A stretch of DNA of 24,875 nucleotides from a virus (taxonomy: Duplodnaviria > Caudoviricetes): the IMG/VR virus record IMGVR_UViG_3300002092_000181, positions 1 to 24,875 of that record. One strand, 5' to 3'. Positions within the stretch are counted from its first letter, which is position 1, and every line of letters starts with the position of its first letter. Shown one piece after another: positions 18,853-24,875 of this stretch. The notes under the pieces are model-generated. The model worked only from the letters and a program-made list of their open reading frames with translations. It did no database searches and was not told the DNA's origin. Both the position numbers and the translations under genes were made by a program.

Positions 18853-19121
18853 TGGGGCATATCCTCGTTCAGGATCAGGCGGAACGCGTTCTCGCCATCC
18901 GGGATCATGGGCAAGGACAGCCATATGCCGTCCTCGGAGACGTGCGGGATCCCGTGCTTGGGCGTGTTGGACCACCGGCCCAGCCACTTGAACAGGACAC
19001 CACAGTCAGCGCAGCGCGCGGCAATGTCGGTCAGCATGACGTTCGTCCCTGGCTGGGCCAGTCCGCCAACATCATACTCGATCGACGTGTGCTTGCAGTT
19101 CGCGTCTATTTCATCAGCCAT
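18849..19121 (-). CDS. Hypothetical protein with CxH and CxxC motifs (90 aa)
   Basis: AGGAGGT RBS before ATG 19121; CKH...CADCG. Confidence 0.75.
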   Translation of the reverse strand: MADEIDANCKHTSIEYDVGGLAQPGTNVMLTDIAARCADCGVLFKWLGRWSNTPKHGIPHVSEDGIWLSLPMIPDGENAFRLILNEDMPQ

Positions 19122-19253
19122 GGGGGCACCTCCTACGCTCAAGCTATATCGGAATGCTCAAGGAAAAAAGTGCAATTCCTGCCTTGACCGTAAGGGGGGG
19201 ATGTGAGAGAACAAATCCGTGGCCACAAGGGCCCCAGTCAAAGGACTAAGGAC
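19122..19253. promoter_or_regulatory. Divergent intergenic/promoter region
   Basis: Lies between oppositely oriented genes with strong RBSs; TTGACC at 19184-19189; no unambiguous -10 element. Confidence 0.45.
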
Positions 19254-19577
19254 ATGACCACCCAGCACACCCCCGGCCCGTGGACGTTTGAAGGAGATCA
19301 CACTCACCGTTCATTCAATATCCGCCAGCTTGGCCATTTGATTGGTACAAGCGATCAAGCCAAGCACATTTGCACCATTAACAATCTTCCGCCTCACGTG
19401 CTGGCAAACCGTGATCCTGGCATAGCGGAAGCCAACGCCCGCTTGATCGCCGCCGCGCCCGAACTGCTCGCCGTGCTTAAAAAGTGGGCCACATTCGCCC
19501 ACGATAACTACACCGACGAGGACATTACGTGGCTGGTCGAGATGCGCGCCGCCATCGCCAAAGCGGAGGGAAAGTGA
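19254..19577 (+). CDS. Phage protein of the HTPGPW...ANARLIAAAPEL type
   Basis: TAAGGA RBS; both hallmark motifs plus C-terminal RAAIAKAEG. Confidence 0.8.
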   Translation: MTTQHTPGPWTFEGDHTHRSFNIRQLGHLIGTSDQAKHICTINNLPPHVLANRDPGIAEANARLIAAAPELLAVLKKWATFAHDNYTDEDITWLVEMRAAIAKAEGK

Positions 19578-19732
19578 TGCTTTACCAAATCAGCCGCCGC
19601 GCCTGGGGCGAATACATTCAGGTCGAACTGTTCACCGGCTCGCTCTCGGAGATGTACGATCGGTGCCGCTATTTGCAGGAAACCAACGCAGATGGAGAAT
19701 ATTTCGGGTGGCCAACGGCTGCGTTCAAATAG
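19577..19732 (+). CDS. Hypothetical protein (51 aa)
   Basis: TGATG coupling and GGAGG RBS. MLYQISRRAWGEYIQVELFTGSLSEMYDRCRYLQETNADGEYFGWPTAAFK. Confidence 0.6.
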   Translation: MLYQISRRAWGEYIQVELFTGSLSEMYDRCRYLQETNADGEYFGWPTAAFK

Positions 19733-19785
19733 GGAGTGCGATCCGAACCCCTAGTGCTAACCTTGATACGTTTGGCTACCACTCC

Positions 19786-19815
19786 GGAGCAGGCTAAGGC
19801 CTGCTCCTTTCCTTT
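19786..19815 (+). terminator. Intrinsic terminator
   Basis: Perfect 9-bp stem GGAGCAGGC-TAAG-GCCTGCTCC followed by TTTCCTTT. Confidence 0.8.
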
Positions 19816-19843
19816 GTGCACTGCATCAAGCCCCTATGCTTAC

Positions 19844-20288
19844 TGGTGAGGTTTGAGCGAGAGGCATAGGACCACTTCCCCTAAAAACATGCTCATTCGC
19901 ACGCTCTCAGGGGGTGGTCCCACACCTCTGACGATCTCGCGCATGCTCACCGGAGCCGGCTGTCGCATCGAGGCCCTGCAGTCGCGTGAGCGCGCCACAG
20001 GTCAGCGGCAACTTTGCAGAGCGCCTCACGCTCCTCACCAACGGGTCCGCCTGTCAGGACACCCGCGCCGGCTTGGGGTGTTCCACGGTAGCCGGCCAGA
20101 CCGGAGCGCGCCGCCCAAGAGTAAGGACCACGATCCGGGGGCGAGCAGTGTGCGATGACTTGATCTGGTGGGGGACCTTGGCTATGCTTAAGCCAGTGGC
20201 CATCCTCCCCAGCGTGGTCATAGGAACGCCCTGATCGCCCAGGTCGCGTTCCAGGGGGTGAGTTGAGCCTTCCGAGCTCCTCACCCCC
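19844..20288 (+). ncRNA. Candidate large structured RNA, family not recognised
   Basis: Many nested helices, a 17-bp interrupted long-range stem (19844-19865 with 20023-20040) and loop-loop complementarity. G-U wobbles favour the + strand. A TATGCT -10-like box lies at 19835-19840. No credible ORF. Confidence 0.6.
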
Positions 20289-20311
20289 GCCCTCCTAAAA
20301 AACACCCGTTG

Positions 20312-20340
20312 TTTTCTCCCGTCAAGGGAGGTGCTATTTT
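20312..20340 (+). promoter_or_regulatory. Possible extended -10 promoter for the downstream operon
   Basis: TG-C-TATTTT at 20332-20340 in a locally AT-rich stretch about 40 nt upstream of ATG 20383. Confidence 0.3.
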
Positions 20341-20382
20341 AAGTTGGTGCACACCGCCAACCCCTAGCTAGGAGAACTATCC

Positions 20383-20511
20383 ATGGAAGGTCATCCCACC
20401 GACAAGGTCCGTTCCTACAATCCTGACAAGCGCCCTAGGACGCCTGCCAAGCTTCACAAGGCCAAGTCCGCCCTGAAGCGCAACGCCAAGCGCGCCGACA
20501 ACCGCGCCTGA
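20383..20511 (+). CDS. Small basic peptide (42 aa; not in the ORF track)
   Basis: AGGAG RBS. MEGHPTDKVRSYNPDKRPRTPAKLHKAKSALKRNAKRADNRA; GC3-biased codons. Confidence 0.65.
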   Translation: MEGHPTDKVRSYNPDKRPRTPAKLHKAKSALKRNAKRADNRA

Positions 20512-20559
20512 TCCTCTCCTGCGGGGTTGCTCCCACCCGCAGGATCCCGGAGACAACAC

Positions 20560-20700
20560 ATGCCCCTCCGTCGTGGAAAAAGCCCCGAGGTCGTGAGCGC
20601 GAACATCCGCACCGAAATCCGCGCTGGAAAGCCTCAAAAACAAGCTGTGGCGATCGCACTGTCCAAGGCTCGTGGAAGCAAGCGCTCCAAGCGCAAATAA
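20560..20700 (+). CDS. Small basic phage protein (46 aa; not in the ORF track)
   Basis: GGAG RBS. MPLRRGKSPEVVSANIRTEIRAGKPQKQAVAIALSKARGSKRSKRK has the common phage KQAVAIAL pattern. Confidence 0.8.
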   Translation: MPLRRGKSPEVVSANIRTEIRAGKPQKQAVAIALSKARGSKRSKRK

Positions 20701-20709
20701 GAGATTCAT

Positions 20710-23700
20710 ATGGCTGACGATCAATCCTTGGAATCGATGCTCAGCCCGCTGGCAGCGCTGCGCGCGCGCTTGCCGGATCAACCGAAGCTCACGCCTGATG
20801 AGATGCGTGCAGCCTCTAATTTCGCAGCCCCCACTGGCCCCGCCCCCACGCTCCGACCCTCGACAGGCCCGCATCGCACCTTGGGCGAACGCCTGGGCCA
20901 AAACGCCACAAACGCGGTGCAGAACAGCCCTACGGGTGCTGCAATGCTTGGGGCCTTGATCCAGACCCTCAAGGCGTCTGGGCCTGACGTGTACGGCAAG
21001 AACCCGGGTCAGGATCTGGCTGGGGCGGTCAAACGCTCGAACGAACAATATGAGGCCCAGAGCCAAGCTGATCCTTTCTACTCGGCCCCAGGCGGCATGT
21101 TTGACAAGACCCTTGCGGGTGGCGCGACCCTGGCCGGGAATCTGGTAGGCCTGGGAGATCCGCTTTTTGCTGCTGCCACTCCCCTGACAGAGGGGGCAGC
21201 CGCGGCCAACGCCGGCAAGAAGACCCTGGCTCAACTGGCCAAGGAATTCGCCGCGCGCAGTGGCAAGATGGGCGCCCTCAACGCTGGCGCCGATACCGCG
21301 ACCCAGCTGGCACAGCTGGCCGGTGGAACGCGTGACAAATACGACCCCACGCAGACCGGCGAGGCCTTCGCTATGGGCCCCGCGTTCGAGGTCGGCAAGG
21401 AGGCCCTCGTAGGCGGTGCTCGCGGCTTGCTGAGCCTTCTGAAGCCCGGTGACCGCAAGTTGCTTGACACCATGCGGTTGTCGGCAGATGACACGCTCAA
21501 GGCAAAGGGACAATCTGATGACACGCGAAGAGATGCTGGCGAGCTATCCTCAACTGAGGCCGGGAGAGCACCCGGAAAACCTGGAACTGCGCCAGGAACA
21601 ATGGCGCAGGACGGTGGGCCGCAATTTGGGGCAGATGGGCGCTCTGGAGCGCCACGGCCTCCGCTCCCCGGCCACCCCGGCACCTTCACCGTTGGCGGCG
21701 TCCCCAGGACCATCCTCCCCCACGAACCCGCTCGCATCGCTGCTGAATCTTATAAAGCCCAACGCGGGCTAACCACGCCCTCACCGTCCGAATACGTGCC
21801 CCTTGACAAGGACCGAGGTGTCCGGATTGCGCAAGCTTACGGGGCGATGGAAGACAACCCGCGAGATCCCAAGGTCCAGCGTGCATACAGTGCACTCGCA
21901 AACGAGACCCTGGCGCAATGGGAGGCCATGAAGCGCTCCGGTATCACGGTGGAGTTCAACCCGCCCAACGAGTACCCTTACGAACTGCCGCACGATGCCC
22001 TGGACGACATTTCCAGGAACAATCACCTGTTCATATTCCCCACCGACGAGGGATATGGGGAGAGCCCGATCACGGCAGAGGCTGAGGCCATAAATCCAAT
22101 GCTGCAGATCGTCCCGGGCGAGACCTGGAACGGTCGCCCCGTACGGGTGAACGATATCTTCCGCGCCGTGCACGACTATTTTGGCCACGCCTCCGAAGGA
22201 TCCGTCTTCCGCGCACAAGGCGAGGAAAACGCGTTCCGGTCCCACCTCCACATGTTCAGCCCAGACGCTCAACGCGCTTTGGCGACTGAAACACGGGGGC
22301 AGAACAGCTTCGTGAATTTCGGACCCGAAGCTGCAGCCAACAAGGGCGCATCTCAGGCTGAAACGCGATACGCCCCGCAGAAGATCGGGCTCCTGCCTGA
22401 CTGGGCCGTGTTCGAGGGAACAGACTTCGACCCTGCCAGAGGCTCGAGGAAGGCCGCTGGAGCCGATCGCGCGCCCGCAAGCGCCCAGGACATGCAAGGC
22501 CACGTAGACCGCCTCACAGAGAGCTGGAAGAGCGGCACGAAGGCCAAGGTGGTTGCCAGCGAGGATCAGCTCCCGCCGGAGGTTGCAGCCCAGCTGAAGC
22601 GCGACGGCATGTCTGGCAAAACGGGTGCGCTGGTGGGCCCGGATGGCAAGGTCTATCTGATCGCGGACCAGATCGGATCTCCCGAGAACGCGACCTCAGC
22701 CCTCTATCACGAGACGCTGGGCCACCTTGGCCTGAACGCCAAGTACGGAGAGCAGCTGGATCAAGCGCTGGGCCGGATCTACCAGTCCAGCCCTACCGTA
22801 CAGCGCGAGGCCGAAGAATGGCTCCGAGCGCACCCAGAGGCCTACCCAGACGACCCCAACAAGCAGATGCGCGCCGTTGAGGAAGTGCTCGCCGCCAAGG
22901 CCGAGAACGGCGTTCTGGACGCTTCCATCAAGTCCCAGCTTACCGCGATGATCCGGCAGTTCGGGCGCATGATGGGCATGAACCTCGAGATGTCCGACAA
23001 GGAACTCGCGGCCATCCTGCGATCGGCGCAACGCAAGATCACCCATGGTCAAGGCACAGCGGATGGCGCCGGGGCCAACCGCTACATCTTCGTTGGTCAG
23101 AAGGCCTACGAGAACCTGAAGAAACAGGATCCGCGTAAGCTGTTCCCCGAGAACCAGAACCTGATCGCGAACTGGGAAGAGGGCCAACGCATGATGGCGC
23201 AGGGCTTCACCCCGGAGCAGATCTTCGACAAGACCGGCGTCTTCATCAATCCGTCCGACCAGATGCCGCGGTATGAGCTCTCCGACGTGCCCGCTGTGTT
23301 GAACCAGGACTTTAGAACTTGGCAGCTTGGGCAAGAGGCCCCGCTCAACCAGATGCTGACGCACCCGACCCTGATGCAGGCCTATCCTGACAAGGTGAAA
23401 CAATGGACGATCGGCAGGTCTGACAACCCGGACTACTCGGGCTCCTTCGATGCCAACAAGAACCGCATCGAGATCACCGATAAGTCCCAGGATCCGCGCA
23501 GTACCGCACTGCATGAAATCCAACACGGCATCCAGTTCCACGAAGGATTTGACACTGGCAATAACCCTGAATCCGTCTTGGCGTCCGCAACGCCGGAACA
23601 AGTGGAACGGTACGCCACCGAGCTTCTGCCTGCCTTTGAGCGCAAAGCCCAGGGTGCCGAAATTGATGCAATGATCATCAGGGAAATGAAAGACGATCCC

Positions 23701-24875
23701 CGCATGATCGAGTATCTGCAGCTCAACAGCATGAAGGCGGCATCGCTGCGTGCTGGCGTCCCGCTTGCACAACTGGCCCCGCTTGAAGCTCAGATCAAAG
23801 CCTCTGAAGGCCCTGCGTTGCAAGCTGTTTATGACGCAACACAAGATCAAAGCAGAGCAAACGACGAGTGGAGAAAAATATCATCCACCGTACTTGGTAA
23901 TGCAATCAAAAGAATAGAGACAACTCCCAATGACATATTTTTTGGACCGTTATCAAAGGCAAATATAGAAGCAGAAAAATATCAACAAGTTGTTGATGAT
24001 ATTAAGTCAAAAGACAAATGGGGAATGAGAGATGCCATTGCATGGGGCGACACTGTCCCGGAAGCGGCATCTATGCGTCTGCGTATGTACAAGAACGTCT
24101 CCGGAGAAATGGAATCGCGAGACGTTGAGGCGAGAAAAAACCTCCCTGAGTATGCTCTCCGCACCATCCGGCCTTTGAGCACCACAAACGACACGGCGCT
24201 GGTCAAGCCGGAAGACGTGATCCGGACCCAACGAAAGGGCATGAGCAATCCTGCCATCGAGGGGGGCCTGTCAGATCGCGACCGTGAACTTGCAGGCCTG
24301 ATGGCGTCGGTTGAGGACGGCAACAAGCACGGGGTAGAGCCCTCCCTGCGCGTCGAGGTTCCCAATCCGCCCCCACCCGGAACCAAGGCAAAGTTCACGC
24401 AGACGACCAACAACAAGAATGCGCCCAAGCAGCTGGAGAACATCACGCCGGTTCTCGAGGCTCACCCTGACGCGACCAAGAGCACTGACGCTTGGGAAAA
24501 CATGATGGGCGATGCGCTGGGCTTCAGCGAGGTTCCGATCCCCCCCTACGCGTTCATTCGCGATATCAACGGTCAAGGATCGATTGAGAAGCTACAGACC
24601 CTCAAGCCTGGGCAGATCGCTGACGCTGACCACGGGTTCGAGCAGGCGAAGCTTTTCCGCCAGAAGTACGAAGCCGGTGAAATGTCGATCGGAACCACAG
24701 GCGAGCTCCTGATGTGGTCGTTCCTGTCGCGTGGCGTGTCGCCCTACGCGCAGGAAGGCCTGTTCATCGACTCGATCGACGGCATCGAACCTTTCATTCG
24801 CATGGCGGCGGACGGTAATTTCACCAAGGATCAATTCCCGGCCTACGAGGAATGGGTCAAACAGCAAGCCCCCAA
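20710..24875 (+). CDS. Large polyvalent protein (3'-truncated, >1388 aa) with metallopeptidase-like and LPD23-like domains
   Basis: Manual translation shows frame 1 open from ATG 20710 to the window end. HDYFGH (22171), HETLGH (22708), IFDKTGVF...RYELSD...HPTLMQAYP, HEIQH (23512), YKNVSGEMESRDVEAR. Confidence 0.85.
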   Translation, partial: MADDQSLESMLSPLAALRARLPDQPKLTPDEMRAASNFAAPTGPAPTLRPSTGPHRTLGERLGQNATNAVQNSPTGAAMLGALIQTLKASGPDVYGKNPGQDLAGAVKRSNEQYEAQSQADPFYSAPGGMFDKTLAGGATLAGNLVGLGDPLFAAATPLTEGAAAANAGKKTLAQLAKEFAARSGKMGALNAGADTATQLAQLAGGTRDKYDPTQTGEAFAMGPAFEVGKEALVGGARGLLSLLKPGDRKLLDTMRLSADDTLKAKGQSDDTRRDAGELSSTEAGRAPGKPGTAPGTMAQDGGPQFGADGRSGAPRPPLPGHPGTFTVGGVPRTILPHEPARIAAESYKAQRGLTTPSPSEYVPLDKDRGVRIAQAYGAMEDNPRDPKVQRAYSALANETLAQWEAMKRSGITVEFNPPNEYPYELPHDALDDISRNNHLFIFPTDEGYGESPITAEAEAINPMLQIVPGETWNGRPVRVNDIFRAVHDYFGHASEGSVFRAQGEENAFRSHLHMFSPDAQRALATETRGQNSFVNFGPEAAANKGASQAETRYAPQKIGLLPDWAVFEGTDFDPARGSRKAAGADRAPASAQDMQGHVDRLTESWKSGTKAKVVASEDQLPPEVAAQLKRDGMSGKTGALVGPDGKVYLIADQIGSPENATSALYHETLGHLGLNAKYGEQLDQALGRIYQSSPTVQREAEEWLRAHPEAYPDDPNKQMRAVEEVLAAKAENGVLDASIKSQLTAMIRQFGRMMGMNLEMSDKELAAILRSAQRKITHGQGTADGAGANRYIFVGQKAYENLKKQDPRKLFPENQNLIANWEEGQRMMAQGFTPEQIFDKTGVFINPSDQMPRYELSDVPAVLNQDFRTWQLGQEAPLNQMLTHPTLMQAYPDKVKQWTIGRSDNPDYSGSFDANKNRIEITDKSQDPRSTALHEIQHGIQFHEGFDTGNNPESVLASATPEQVERYATELLPAFERKAQGAEIDAMIIREMKDDPRMIEYLQLNSMKAASLRAGVPLAQLAPLEAQIKASEGPALQAVYDATQDQSRANDEWRKISSTVLGNAIKRIETTPNDIFFGPLSKANIEAEKYQQVVDDIKSKDKWGMRDAIAWGDTVPEAASMRLRMYKNVSGEMESRDVEARKNLPEYALRTIRPLSTTNDTALVKPEDVIRTQRKGMSNPAIEGGLSDRDRELAGLMASVEDGNKHGVEPSLRVEVPNPPPPGTKAKFTQTTNNKNAPKQLENITPVLEAHPDATKSTDAWENMMGDALGFSEVPIPPYAFIRDINGQGSIEKLQTLKPGQIADADHGFEQAKLFRQKYEAGEMSIGTTGELLMWSFLSRGVSPYAQEGLFIDSIDGIEPFIRMAADGNFTKDQFPAYEEWVKQQAP
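21518..21772 (+). CDS. Nested +1-frame ORF inside the polyvalent gene (84 aa)
   Basis: AAAGGGA RBS 7 nt before ATG 21518. MTREEMLASYPQLRPGEHPENLELRQEQWRRTVGRNLGQMGALERHGLRSP...; the host frame is a low-complexity linker over much of this span. Confidence 0.5.
   Translation: MTREEMLASYPQLRPGEHPENLELRQEQWRRTVGRNLGQMGALERHGLRSPATPAPSPLAASPGPSSPTNPLASLLNLIKPNAG

Noticed and set aside
18853-18987. N-terminal extension of the KGG ORF in the ORF track
   Set aside because: It overlaps the upstream gene; the GTG at 18852 has an RBS and stop-start coupling.
19844-20288. Assignment as tmRNA, RNase P RNA, tRNA, retron msr-msd or self-splicing intron
   Set aside because: No tRNA-like ends, RNase P conserved core or intron core motifs were recognised; it interrupts no gene and there is no reverse transcriptase in the window. 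A covariance-model search is still needed.
19853-20305. ORFs 19853-20158 (+), 19986-20234 (+) and 20054-20305 (-)
   Set aside because: Weak starts, no codon bias and Arg/Pro/Gly-rich random-looking translations; the base-pairing pattern explains the region better.
20377-24867. Long minus-strand ORFs (e.g. 20377-21513, 21781-22503, 22696-23850)
   Set aside because: Antisense shadows of the GC3-biased polyvalent gene on the + strand.
1-24875. CRISPR array, integrase/att site, IS element or diversity-generating retroelement
   Set aside because: No regularly spaced repeats, recombinase/transposase/RT genes or adenine-variant repeat pairs were seen by eye.

Overview
A GC-rich tailed-phage segment of podovirus type, almost all on the + strand; the host is Gram-negative (spanin pair), possibly an alphaproteobacterium such as a Caulobacteraceae member (inference). 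It contains: the 3' end of a probable head-decoration gene; a head-tail adaptor; a tail nozzle; an Ig-domain protein; a tail fibre with a Gly-rich partner and chaperone-like gene; a GNAT-like protein; four probable ejection proteins, one with an N-terminal M15 peptidase; two paralogous beta-rich virion proteins; a lysis cassette (holin candidate, GH24 lysozyme, overlapping spanins); and small basic proteins. An accessory island (about 18500-20340) interrupts the late genes. It holds three minus-strand genes (one a KGG stress-protein homolog), two plus-strand genes, a terminator and a ~450-nt densely base-paired non-coding region (19844-20288) with a long-range closing helix and complementary palindromic loops. 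This candidate large structured RNA is the most novel signal. The window ends inside a >1388-aa polyvalent protein (20710 to end) that the ORF track missed; it has three metallopeptidase-like motifs, an LPD23-like domain and a nested +1-frame ORF with its own RBS. All family calls come from reading motifs by eye, not from database searches.
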